This document shows positions 1 through 12,360 of a stretch of DNA of 48,197 nt, piece after piece. Source of the stretch: Octopus bimaculoides (lineage: Eukaryota); NCBI RefSeq assembly GCF_001194135.2, contig NC_068981.1, positions 34,898,946-34,947,142 of the forward strand, in the 5' to 3' direction. The translations under genes and the position numbers were made by a program. Under the pieces are notes generated by a model. The model was not told the DNA's origin and did no database searches. It was given only the letters and a program-made list of their open reading frames with translations. Position 1 is the stretch's first letter, and each line of letters begins with the position of its first letter.

Positions 1-18
1 TATATATATATATATATT

Positions 19-446
19 AAGGCGACGAGCTGGCAGAATCGTTAGCACGCCGGGCAAAATGCTTAGGGCTATTTCGTCTACCGTTACGTTCTGAGTTCAA
101 TTCCCCGATGTGCACTTTGTCTTTCATCCTTTCGGGGTCGATAAATTAACAATCTGTTACGCACTGGGGTTGATATAATCGACTTAATCCGTTTGTCTGT
201 CCTTGTTTGTCTCCTCTGTGTGTAGCCCCTTGTGGACAATAAAGAAATAAGAAACGTAAGCACGCGGGTGAAATGCATAGCGGTATTTCGTCTATCTTTA
301 CGTTCTGACTTCAAATTCCGCCGAGGTCGACTTTGCCTTTCATCCTTTCGTGGTCGAAAATTAAGTACCAGTTGCGTACTGGGATCGATCTAATCGACAG
401 GCCCCATCCCCCAAAATTTCGGGCCTTGAGCCTAGAGTAGAGAAGT
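19..446 (+). mobile_element. Dimeric tRNA-derived SINE (family A): full monomer + Tx1-like tail + 5'-truncated second monomer
   Basis: A-box-like tggcagaatcgtt and B-box-like gagttcaaattcc. The body gaggtcgactttgcctttcatcctttcggggtcgataaattaagtacc occurs twice. Same architecture at 20088-20566. Confidence 0.85.
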
Positions 447-539
447 ATATATACAGATATAAGTTATATGTGTTTCGTACAAAGATTGGCTCAGGCCATG
501 TCTAACTTTATAGCACCACATGATAGAATCTGTTAAGTC

Positions 540-1030
540 ATTTTAAAGTCAGGTTTTGTGGCATCATGTCCCATTGAAGGTGGGAGGCATCATGTCCCAT
601 TGAAGTAGGGAGTATCCCAGCATAGGTGGCTTGAAGAAATTTGTCCAGGTAGCACGTGAAGGTGTATGGCTCGAAGCTCCAGCCTTGGATGAATTCTGAA
701 TTTGATGTTAAAGTTGTTTGAGTAATGCTAGTGGCCTATTCTCCATATTGTGCAAATGAATTGGTGCTTACAGTGGAGTTAGAGTGAATAAAGTTTCAAT
801 GTTTTAAGGCTGTCCTAATAATCAAGATCAATCATGCCTTTTATTTCATTTTTTTTTTTTTTTAGCGATTGCTCTCTGGGGGTGACTCAATTCCTGTAAT
901 GTTTTGTTTGGCATGGGGAGACCACTGGGGAAAGCAGTGTTCTAGCTGAGGCCGTACAAAGTTGGAGAAGAGGAGTATGATGACATCTTGCTCTCTGGAC
1001 CGGAAAATTCTGATAATCCAGGAGCTCATC
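540..1030 (-). mobile_element. Decayed CR1-group LINE, RT C-terminal region
   Basis: Minus strand reads approx. WIIRIFRSREQDVIILLFSNFVRPQLEHCFPQWSPH..NITGIES and DSLKTLKLYSL, matching the CR1 pattern VRPxLEYC..W.P...IE; stops and frameshifts present. Confidence 0.6.
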
Positions 1031-1118
1031 ATATAGATTAAAATAGAAAATAAAAATGCAAAACATTTGGTATCATTCGAAAAACATTTTATTTAGATAG
1101 AGAATACAAATAGGTAGA

Positions 1119-1210
1119 GTCTCTTACAGCTGTTTCTAGAATAGTCATGGATGTGAATGATGATATTGAGTAAAGATTCCATAAGCTAAGTATACCGTCA
1201 TCGGAGAGAG
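1119..1210 (-). ncRNA. Degenerate type I hammerhead ribozyme motif (Penelope-like terminal repeat remnant)
   Basis: Minus strand: tctct-CCGATGA-(61 nt)-GAAAC-AGCT-GTA-agaga. Palindromic stem III and 5-bp helix I; core U4 replaced by C; stem II pairing poor. Confidence 0.4.
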
Positions 1211-1354
1211 AGAGAGAGAGAGAGAAGAAAATAGAAAAATGAAGAAAATCCCCAATCGAAGATACTAGTACTTTCCAATTTGTTGAAGAACGAAGGAAGG
1301 ATCAGAGTGAAAAGTATATGCATTGGATAGTTCCATGGTCGAATAAATAATAAA

Positions 1355-1478
1355 GTCAACTGGTACTTATTTTATCGACCCCGAAAGGATTTTGAACTCA
1401 GAGTGTAATGACAGACGGCCAGAATACCGCTAAGTATTTTGCCTGGCGTGCTAACGATTCAGCCAGCTCACCGGTTTA
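1355..1478 (-). mobile_element. SINE family A fragment with internal deletion
   Basis: Contains cccgaaaggat|tttgaactcag junction and the head gctaacgattcagccagctcacc. Confidence 0.75.
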
Positions 1479-1496
1479 AAATCATTTACAATATTG

Positions 1497-1684
1497 ATTT
1501 CAAATTTTGGCACAATGCCAGCAACTTCGAAGGAGAGATAAGTACCTGTAATCAGCTGGTTTTTATTTTATCGGCCCCAGAGGATGAAAGACAAAGTCGA
1601 CTCCGGTGGAATTTGAACTCAGGACGTAAAGACGGACGAAATGCCGCTAAGCATTTGGCCCGGCACTCGATTCTGCCGGTTTAG
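1497..1684 (-). mobile_element. SINE family A monomer
   Basis: Reverse complement of the family A head/body; 3' end gtgccaaaatttgaaa. Confidence 0.8.
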
Positions 1685-1699
1685 AATCTTTAATATTGC

Positions 1700-1912
1700 T
1701 TTCAAATTTTGGGACAAGGCCAGCAATTTCGGAGAAGGGGATAAATCGATTATATCGATTCCAGTGCTTAACTGGCACATATTTTATCGACCCCGAGCGG
1801 CATTTGCAAAGTCGACCCCGGTGGTATTTGAACTCAGAACGTAAAGACGAACGAAGTGCTGCTAAGCATTTCGTCCGGCGTGTTAACGATTCTGCCAGGT
1901 TACGGCCTTAGG
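1700..1912 (-). mobile_element. SINE family A monomer
   Basis: Third head-to-tail copy with the same motifs. Confidence 0.8.
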
Positions 1913-2040
1913 ATTTTTAATATTACCAGTGATTTTTGTATTGATAATTCTTAAAGACAGGTTTAGTATGTATTTGCAGAGAGAGTTGGTTCTTGTATCG
2001 ACAGAATTTAGTTTATAAAAGTTAAATAATACGCACACAT

Positions 2041-2201
2041 GCGCAGAAGTGGCTGTGTGGTAAGTAGCTTGCTTACTAACTACATGGTTCTGGGTTCAAT
2101 CCCACTGCGTGGCATCTTAGGCGAGTGTCTTCTACTATAGACTCGGGCCGACCAAAGCCTTGTGAGTGGATTTGGTAGACAGAAACTTAAAGAAGTCCGT
2201 C

Positions 2202-2236
<35 letters not shown>

Positions 2237-2487
2237 TGTATGTATGTATGTATGTATGTATGTATGTATGCATGTGTGTGTTTGTTTGTGTGTGTTTGTT
2301 TGTCCCCCTAGCATTGCCTGACAACCGATGCTGGTGTGTTTATGTCCCCCGTCACTTAGCGGTTCGGCAAAAGAGACTGACAGAATAAGTACTAGGCTTA
2401 CAAAGAATAAGTCCCGGGGTCGATTTGCTCGACTAAAGGCGGTGCTCCAGCATGGCCGCAGTCAAATGACTGAAACAAATAAAAGAG
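2041..2487 (+). mobile_element. SINE family B, full length, with internal (TA)n/(TATG)n/(TG)n microsatellite
   Basis: tRNA-like head gtggctgtgtggtaagtagc...ggttcaatccc, ggcgagtgtcttctactatag, internal microsatellite, 3' gcggtgctccagcatggccgcagtcaaatgactgaaac; several other copies in the window. Confidence 0.85.
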
Positions 2488-2811
2488 GACACACACATGC
2501 GCGCGCACACACACACACACACACACACATGGGGTCTATGTATGCATTAGAAAGAAAAGACTATCTAGGCTCGTCCTTGTGCAAACGAAAATACTGCAAT
2601 AAATAACTGGTTTTCAAATTTGTGGAAAATACAAAGTAATGAGGTTGGAAGCAGGGCTTCGGTTCCATAGATATATCACAGGTGTTCTTTGATCTTCAAC
2701 AATAGCACGTAAACAGCTGACAAGAAAAAAAAAATAATAATCATAAACACAGGCATTCATGCCTTTCACAAGGATGTTAACAACGTGAGTGAAATCATAT
2801 TTTGCTGACAG

Positions 2812-2916
2812 CAGGAGATTGGAATCTGTCGGTGGGGGCCAACAACCTCGGAATATTTTATCGCCTACACGAATTATGCAACGTGCAGTCTTCGAGATAA
2901 GAAATACCTATGATAG
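2812..2916 (+). CDS. Candidate internal exon (unverified)
   Basis: ttttgctgacAG acceptor, GTcagt donor, 105 nt, one frame open (RRLESVGGGQQPRNILSPTRIMQRAVFEIRNTYD); no recognisable homology. Confidence 0.15.
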
Positions 2917-2959
2917 GTCAGTGGTCTTAGACAAAGGAAACGGGATTGGTTCAACTAGC

Positions 2960-3216
2960 TTCTCTTCGCTCTCATTTCTTCTTCTTCTTCTTCTTCTTCT
3001 TCTTCTTCTTCTTCTTCTTCTTCTTTCTTCTTTTCCTTCTCTTCTTTCCTTCCTCTCTTCTTTTTCTTCTTCATTCTTTTTTCTTCTCCTTCCTCTCTTT
3101 TTCTTCTTTCCTTCTTCCTTCTTTTTCTTATTCTCTTCTTTCCTTCCCCTCTTCTTCCCTTCTTCTTCTTTACTTACTCTCTTCTTCTTCTTCTTCTTCT
3201 TCTTCTTCTTCTTCTT

Positions 3217-3264
<48 letters not shown>

Positions 3265-3400
3265 TTTCATTCTTCTTTCTTCCTTTTCTTCTTTTCTTTC
3301 TTTCCTTCCTCTCTTCTTCTTCTTCTTCTTCTTCTTCTCCTCCTCCTCCTCCTCCTCTCCCTCCTCCTTTCCTTTCCTTGTTCTTTTACCTCCCCTTCCT
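2960..3400. repeat. Compound microsatellite (CTT)n/(ACT)n/(CCT)n
   Basis: Directly visible; source of the poly-L/F/Y/S ORFs. Confidence 0.95.
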
Positions 3401-3872
3401 TTTATTTTATGTCGCCTGTTTTGCTTTTTGTTGTCTCTATTATCCCCTTTATTACTTTCTTCACATCAATGAAATAACGGAAGTAAGACGTCTGTTGCAG
3501 AAATTCAATATGTCGTTTCTTTTTTTTTTTCAACTGAACTTTAAATAGGTCAGGGTTAGATAATTGATCATGAGTTGGGTGTCTTCAACCCTTCCAGCCA
3601 ATTACGACACTTCGTCTAGACAGAAAACCATCATGTGAATGAAATAGGATTGCTCATTAAAATAACCTCGAAAAAACTGCGTTGACCTTATACTAAAACA
3701 CTTGTTTGACAATCTTAAAAATGAAGCATAAACTTACTTATTACCGTTTAGTATGGCCAGGGTGTTTGGAAATATTCAGTATACCATACTATCCACTAAA
3801 GTTTATTTTCAGTTGCTTTTGTGTTGTTCCTCAAAGCTTCCCAGAAATTTTGTCAGTTTTTTTGTTAGTAAT

Positions 3873-4105
3873 ATACTCTTTTATCCTTTTACTCTTTTAC
3901 TTGTTTCAGTCATGTGACTGCGGCCATGCTGGAGCACCGCCTTTAGTCGAGCGCAAATCGATCCCAGGACTTATTCTTTGTAAGCCTAGTGCTTATCCTA
4001 TCGGTCTCTTTTGCCGAACTGCTAAGTTAAGGGGACGTAAACACACCAGCATCGTTTGCCAAGCGATGTTGGGGGGGACAAACACACATACAAACACATA
4101 CACAC

Positions 4106-4136
<31 letters not shown>

Positions 4137-4137
4137 T
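3873..4137 (-). mobile_element. SINE family B 3' half, running into an N-gap
   Basis: ttgtttcagtcatgtgactgcggccatgctggagcaccgcc... is the reverse complement of the family B 3' part. Confidence 0.85.
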
Positions 4138-4734
4138 NNNNNNNNNNNNNNNNNNNNNNNNNNNNNNNNNNNNNNNNNNNNNNNNNNNNNNNNNNNNNNN
4201 NNNNNNNNNNNNNNNNNNNNNNNNNNNNNNNNNNNNNNNNNNNNNNNNNNNNNNNNNNNNNNNNNNNNNNNNNNNNNNNNNNNNNNNNNNNNNNNNNNNN
4301 NNNNNNNNNNNNNNNNNNNNNNNNNNNNNNNNNNNNNNNNNNNNNNNNNNNNNNNNNNNNNNNNNNNNNNNNNNNNNNNNNNNNNNNNNNNNNNNNNNNN
4401 NNNNNNNNNNNNNNNNNNNNNNNNNNNNNNNNNNNNNNNNNNNNNNNNNNNNNNNNNNNNNNNNNNNNNNNNNNNNNNNNNNNNNNNNNNNNNNNNNNNN
4501 NNNNNNNNNNNNNNNNNNNNNNNNNNNNNNNNNNNNNNNNNNNNNNNNNNNNNNNNNNNNNNNNNNNNNNNNNNNNNNNNNNNNNNNNNNNNNNNNNNNN
4601 NNNNNNNNNNNNNNNNNNNNNNNNNNNNNNNNNNNNNNNNNNNNNNNNNNNNNNNNNNNNNNNNNNNNNNNNNNNNNNNNNNNNNNNNNNNNNNNNNCTT
4701 GATGAGAAAATATTGGTAATTTAATTCTATTATT

Positions 4735-5520
4735 TGCTTTCTATTGTATACAGGCAGTAAATGGAATGGGGTTGTTTAACCTTGGAAACATGTTTGTATT
4801 CAGGATATTCGCAGTGGGACTGATGTCACTAACTTGCCGCGTAAACTTTTGCGAGTCTAAGGGTCCGGGGGGGGGGATATAATCCATGAAGGAAAGGAAT
4901 TTCATAGAGTTGATGTTCTGGAAAGGAGTGATAGGACGTAGAGATTTGTAAGGAAATGAGAGAGCGAAGTAGAAAGAGTGGGATAAGAACAGACAAGTGA
5001 CTTGGAGGTACCACAAGCTTCAACCATTATTGTAGCTTTGTTGGGTCTTTTCTGAATGCGGTCTTCGTCATCTGTATATGCAGCAGTAATAAGGTCCCAC
5101 ATGTGAAAGCAATACTGCACTGAAGGTCGCTTTTCAACTTTAAAGAGAGTCTATGAAGAGAGTCGGGCGCTGAAGTATCTTCTAGCCCTGAAGAAAAGAG
5201 CCACTATTTGAGATGCGGCCCTGGCTACGTTAAAAATTTGCTTCCGCCAGGAGAGATCCTCAGAGATAATTGGACCCCACAACTGGACCGATTGTTAGGG
5301 CTGTAGTTTCTTGCTGCTAATGACTGAGTGGGAGTTTGATGCGATGCGATGATATTTTCTTGGTACAAGCAACCTGTTTGTTTTGTTACTATAGTAAGAA
5401 ACAAAATTTGCATATCTCCTTTAAAAGATGCTTTCCTTTTGAAGTCCGTGGGTGTTTAGCCATGATCCACGGCTTGAGAATGTTAATAAGGAATGAAGTG
5501 TAGCGCCATCTGCGTAAGAG
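4735..5520 (-). mobile_element. Decayed CR1/L2-group LINE, RT C-terminal region
   Basis: Minus strand gives RPSVQYCFHMWD..AAYTDDEDRIQKR and ALFFRARRYFS, similar to the RPxLEYCSHIW...LDRIQRR pattern; same family as 21740-22075. Confidence 0.65.
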
Positions 5521-5784
5521 TCGGTATTATTGGTCATGCTGGCAGGTCATTCATATATATAGTAGAGAGAGGTAGAATCGAACCCTACAGCAAGCAGGAG
5601 TTGATAGAATGAGGAGCTGTAAGAACTCCGCCAACACACCCCGTGATATTACAATGAGACAGGAATCTACAGACTCTTACTCACACACATATACATGTTT
5701 ATGTTTATTTACATACATACATACATACCCACATCGACAGTGATATTGACTGCCTAAACAGTGGAAAAGAAGAGGGTGCATCTA

Positions 5785-5965
5785 TGTAGTCGCTCAACCT
5801 GTTAGTAATAGTTGCCAAATTTTCAGCCGTTTAAGCCACACAGACTTTAAAAGTTTAAGGACACATTGGGTTATGTAGACTAGGATATACAATGCCTAAA
5901 ATGAAATGGTCACGGATGGACAGGTTTTGATCGCTGGTTTGTTCGTTCAGATCAAACTGCAACAA
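5785..5965 (+). mobile_element. Old diverged interspersed repeat (family F), probably a SINE 3' part
   Basis: tagtaatagttgccaaat...aggacacattgggttatgtagactagga...atggtcacggatgg...tttgatc; related pieces near 12425-12600, 18190-18250, 18745-18900, 35325-35520, 37110-37220, 41140-41270, 41580-41670, 42880-43195. Confidence 0.55.
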
Positions 5966-6658
5966 TTACATTAAGAAAAGGATCTAGGGTTTTGACACCG
6001 ATTCATACAGCCTTTCAATATCGCATAATATCCCATCGACGGCATTTACTTACCAAACGTCCAAGTATATTCATAAATCAACTCCGCACACATGAGACAA
6101 AACAGCGTCACGAGTCAGAAAGGAGCTCTTCGGAAAATATTTCGTGAATGGTGATTAATGATATGAAACCAGGAATATTGCGCAGCTCTATCTTAGCAGA
6201 ATAACAGATAAAAGGCTTTCTGCTTAGCCACAAAAGGTCATGCATGACAATGATGTGAGAATAGCAATAACATGGTTAACCAAAGTATTCTATCGTGGAT
6301 CAACAATCGGTATATTAATTTTCACTTTGAAGGACATGATTTTTCCATACAAGAACAGGATGTAGGAAAATATCTGATACCCAAAGCAATAGGGGTTGAA
6401 ATAATAACACTTCGATATGACACCGACGCATATTGTTTTGGATTAACACCGCAGCTTTGAGCCACACCATCAGCAGCTGTCTGGAAATGCTGTCACTGTA
6501 CTATCTGCCTATAAAGTATGTTGTCGTGGCCAAAATACTATAGGACGGAATTCGTACAAAGGGTACTTTCGAAGATAAAAATATTGAAGCTGGAGGGATG
6601 TAGGAGACATGATCACCCATAATAAGAAATAACACTGGTCATTATTATTTCTGTCAAA

Positions 6659-6877
6659 AAGGCGGTGAATTTGGCAAACTCGTTAGCACGCTGGGCAAAA
6701 TGCTTAGCAGTATTTCATCCGCCGCTACGTTCTGAGTTCAAATTCCGCCGGGTTCGACTTTGCTTTTCATCCTTTCGGGGTCGATAAATTAAGTACCATC
6801 GAAACACTGGGGTCGATGTAATCGACTAGTCCCCTCCACTAAATTTCAGGCCTTGTACCTATAGTAGAAAGGGTTAG
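6659..6877 (+). mobile_element. SINE family A monomer
   Basis: Family A head/body, 3' end ccttgtacctatagtagaaagg. Confidence 0.85.
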
Positions 6878-6893
6878 TATTTCTGTCAAAAAT

Positions 6894-7103
6894 AAGGCGG
6901 TGAGCTGGCAGAATCGTTAGCACAGCGGACAAAATACTTAGCGGCATTTCTTCCGTCTTTATGTTATGAGTTCAAATGCCGCCGAGGTCGACTTTACCTT
7001 TCATTCTTTAAGGATTGATAAATTAGGTGAACACTGGGATAGAAGTAATCGACTTACCCACTCTCCCACAAAATTTCAGACCTTGTGCCTATAATAGAAA
7101 GAA
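6894..7103 (+). mobile_element. SINE family A monomer (tandem to the previous copy)
   Basis: Same motifs; separated from the previous copy by tatttctgtcaaaaa. Confidence 0.85.
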
Positions 7104-7499
7104 TTATCCCTGTCAAAACTGTTTACAAAATGGAGGTATAACAGACTGTACACAATGATCTAGGACAGAAAAAAGAAATTGTGCACAGCAGTAGAAATCA
7201 GATGTCTATCGGGCGTCAACATAATGTTTTAGATGAAAGAATTTAGAAAAAAAAAAAGCTATGCCAAACTAATTAGAAATTTGCAGATACTAACATCCGA
7301 ACCATAACTTGCAATTTCTAACTGTGATTATTGGGGCGTGAGATTGAGTAACTAATGACCTCATCACAAAATCATGAGAATCCGTGATTCACAAAACCAA
7401 GAGGAACACAGCTAATTAGGAAATTGGAATTACAAGTCATTAATAGTACTATTAAAATATGTAAAACATTCCAGATGCTTATATTGCAGTAGGTATGTG

Positions 7500-8457
7500 T
7501 ACTCACATACAAACGTACAAGCATATATGCATTAAAAGCATACACATTGACAAATCGTATAACTTACATGCTAGCATGCACACATATACACAGCGATGCA
7601 TACACATACACACGTGCATACACGCGCGCACACACATATATGTGTTACAGACAGACAGACAGACAGATAGGTAGATAGATAGATAGAATGATAGATAGAT
7701 AAACGGACAGACAGATAAATAGCCAGATTGATAGAATGATATATATATATATANNNNNNNNNNNNNNNNNNNNNNNNNNNNNNNNNNNNNNNNNNNNNNN
7801 NNNNNNNNNNNNNNNNNNNNNNNNNNNNNNNNNNNNNNNNNNNNNNNNNNNNNNNNNNNNNNNNNNNNNNNNNNNNNNNNNNNNNNNNNNNNNNNNNNNN
7901 NNNNNNNNNNNNNNNNNNNNNNNNNNNNNNNNNNNNNNNNNNNNNNNNNNNNNNNNNNNNNNNNNNNNNNNNNNNNNNNNNNNNNNNNNNNNNNNNNNNN
8001 NNNNNNNNNNNNNNNNNNNNNNNNNNNNNNNNNNNNNNNNNNNNNNNNNNNNNNNNNNNNNNNNNNNNNNNNNNNNNNNNNNNNNNNNNNNNNNNNNNNN
8101 NNNNNNNNNNNNNNNNNNNNNNNNNNNNNNNNNNNNNNNNNNNNNNNNNNNNNNNNNNNNNNNNNNNNNNNNNNNNNNNNNNNNNNNNNNNNNNNNNNNN
8201 NNNNNNNNNNNNNNNNNNNNNNNNNNNNNNNNNNNNNNNNNNNNNNNNNNNNNNNNNNNNNNNNNNNNNNNNNNNNNNNNNNNNNNNNNNNNNNNNNNNN
8301 NNNNNNNNNNNNNNNNNNNNNNNNNNNNNNNNNNNNNNNNNNNNNNNNNNNNNNNNNNNNNNNNNNNNNNNNNNNNNNNNNNNNNNNNNNNNNNNNNNNN
8401 NNNNNNNNNNNNNNNNNNNNNNNNNNNNNNNNNNNNNNNNNNNNNNNNNNNNNNNNN

Positions 8458-8514
<57 letters not shown>

Positions 8515-8522
8515 CACACACA
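7500..8522. repeat. Compound (CA)/(CATA)/(GATA)/(TA) microsatellite spanning an N-gap
   Basis: Directly visible; gap 7754-8457. Confidence 0.9.
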
Positions 8523-8807
8523 TGTAATAATTTAAATGTGGAAAGAAGTCAAATTGATATTACAATTGTTTCCGTGAATGAACGATATCAGTTATTCCAT
8601 ATCTCATACAAGATTATGTAATTCATATGATGTTATATAACACATGCTATAATGTATGGAAATGTGTAATGATATCCTTATAGTATCAATGGAAATCATT
8701 CGAATTTCATTTTAGTTTGGGAATAACTACGCTAGCCACGATCCAACAAGATGTGATAATGAGGCGATAGCTAATTTATAATTATCCCCTTAAGCTGTGT
8801 GTGTGTC

Positions 8808-9111
8808 GTGAAGCTACGTCACTCAGTTGTTAGAGCTTCAGGCTCACAATCATGACGTAGTGAATTCGATTCCCGGACCGGGTTGTGTGTGACCAAGACA
8901 CTTTAATTCACTTTGGTCCAGTTCACTCAGCCGGAAATGAGTTGTGATGTCACTGGTGACAAGCTGTGTCGGCCTTTGCCTTTTTCTTCAATAACATCGG
9001 TGGCGTGGAGAGGGGCAGCTGGTATGCATGATGGGTGACTGCTAGTATTCCTTAAACAACCTTGCTGAGACTTGTGCTTCAGAAGGAAACTTTCTAGGTG
9101 TAATTCCATGG

Positions 9112-9112
<1 letters not shown>
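8808..9112 (+). mobile_element. tRNA-headed CORE-like SINE (family D head, tail type 3)
   Basis: Head with gaattcgattccc B-box; core accaagacactttaattcactttggtccagttcactcagc; tail gtggagaggggcagctgg...tttctaggtgtaattccatggtc not shared with the other D copies. Confidence 0.7.
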
Positions 9113-9180
<68 letters not shown>

Positions 9181-9325
9181 GCTGGTATATACATAAAGGT
9201 GTGTGTATATATAAATATATACACACACATAAGGTAATATCAAAAAGTTCCCGGACTAGTTCTATAGCGCGCCAGCAAAGAGAGCTAGTAGAGTGACATC
9301 GCTGTGTTTACTCTGCGAGTTGTAA

Positions 9326-10560
<1,235 letters not shown>

Positions 10561-11424
10561 TTTTTTATTGAACATAACTAGTCCGGGGACTTTTTGATGC
10601 CACCTTGTAGATGTATTGTGGGCTAATATTTATCTAGTTACGTTGGTTATATTTGAGCTATGTGAGGTAATGTAAAGCAATTTCTCTTTGTAATTGCGAT
10701 TTGGGCCAGAGAGAAAACGTCGTAAATGCAGTTGGAGCCGGGATAGTCGACTCTTTTACCTTATATGGGAGTAATAACTTTAACCAATCGCTTGTGGATC
10801 GAAGATTTAAGCTGATTTCTTCAAACCATAGACCAGCCATTTTGCAATTTCAAAATCCAATAATTACTCAGCTTTTTCACTGAACCCCACCCCCAACTCC
10901 CGAATGTGACCATTTCAATTTTTTTTTTTTTCAAGTATTACTAAAATCCAACATCGATATTTTTAGGTGAGTTGGAACTATGTTATTTGTTATTCAACGA
11001 CCAGCTGTTGACAATGTTGACAATAACTGAGCTTAGTGTGAAAGGTGGAGGAGAGAAATGGAGAGGAGGGCAGACAGATAATGAGAGGAAGAGAAAGAGA
11101 CAAAGGAAAGTTGGTATCAATTCGAGGATATGTTTGTGTATATGTATATATCATATGTGTGCTTGTGGAATTACTTGTGAGTGCGTGACGTTTTTGTAAA
11201 AGAAATGTCTAAATAAGGGCAAAAATAACGTGTATAATATCTTCGTTTCAGTGTGTGCTTATATGCCTCTGTATAACTTTTTTTTATACACTCACACACA
11301 CACACATATGGAGTAACTCATCAGCTGCCTTCTATAGTTACTCTCAACATGCAAAGAGAAACTAGAGCATATAGAGAGAAAGGGGGAAGGGAAGAAAAAA
11401 GAGGGAAAGACAGGGAGAACGGGT

Positions 11425-11429
11425 GATAG

Positions 11430-11507
<78 letters not shown>
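11425..11507. repeat. (GATA)n microsatellite
   Basis: Directly visible. Confidence 0.95.
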
Positions 11508-11508
<1 letters not shown>

Positions 11509-11643
11509 TGTATATATGTATGTGTATCCACAGACATACAGACACATACACACATCTACATAATAGGGCTATCTTAATCAGGGGATTACTGAAATCATTC
11601 ACACCAGGAAGGACTCATTTCATTTGAATGTAGAGCAGAAAAT

Positions 11644-11717
11644 TTATTTACTACAAAACGTCCGACGATTGGGAAAAAATTTCCTAGCAGGTAGGTTAGA
11701 ACCGTTAGATTTTTCCG
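11644..11717 (-). CDS. Candidate terminal coding exon (unverified)
   Basis: Strong acceptor tttgtttttctttctttagtttcAG, then (A)EKSNGSNLPARKFFPNRRTFCSK*; no homology recognised. Confidence 0.15.
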
Positions 11718-12194
11718 CTGAAACTAAAGAAAGAAAAACAAATGTGGGTTATAAAAGAAGAAATCGGACCAAGTTAGATTAATTTATCAGGCGCTACTTC
11801 GTTTGATTCCCCTCATCGAAAACACAAAAGTGGGAAGCCACGTAGTTTTGTGTTTACGGCTGAAAATAACGAAATTTCTGCCAATTAACGAACTGTAAAC
11901 ATGAAACTACATAGTTAACCGCCTTTGCGCCTTTCTGAGGCATAGACAAACGAAATCATACCCGCTAAAGCCTACTCGCGGGTTCAAAGGGTTTATTCCA
12001 CCTTCCTCTTGTCCCCCTCCCCCACATAAGGAAATAATTCAACTTAATCCTACATTTTACTTTTATAACTTACATTTCCCTTTTTCTAGTATCGTCATGC
12101 GAAGAGAAACTGACAGGGCTTGCCATACCGGTTTAAAATTGTTTTGCACAATCGTCAGACACCCTGCATTTTACACAAGCATAAAGCGGAGGTG

Positions 12195-12360
12195 TATAAT
12201 CGACAATATCGAACACAGTACTTGAATGGTACTTATTTTATCGTTTTCTAGCTCGATGAACGACAAAGTCGCCTTGGGCAGGATTTCAACTTAAAATGTA
12301 AAAGATCATAACTAAATACTACAAAGCTTTTCGTCCAATGCGCTAATGATTCTGCCATTC
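12195..12360 (-). mobile_element. Diverged SINE family A copy
   Basis: ggtacttattttatcg...gacaaagtcgccttgggcaggatttcaactt...gctaatgattctgcca. Confidence 0.65.

Larger units (their letters stand above)
5990..7480 (+). mobile_element. R4/Dong-like (RLE-type) LINE 3' part, interrupted by two SINEs
   Basis: WINNRYINFHFEGHDFSIQEQ resembles the conserved SxxEGxxFAIQEQ motif. After the SINEs the sequence resumes with cct gtc aaa act (PVKT) and ends GTIKICKTF-like; decayed. Confidence 0.65.

Noticed and set aside
560-610. Tandem duplication of ggcatcatgtcccattgaag
   Set aside because: Simple local slippage duplication within a dead LINE fragment.
2789-3548. Long ORFs of 200-227 aa
   Set aside because: Translations of (CTT)/(ACT)/(CCT) microsatellites giving homopolymer runs; no coding signal.
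10658-10883. Overlapping 60-aa ORFs on both strands
   Set aside because: No convincing paired splice sites or recognisable motifs; length is within chance expectation.
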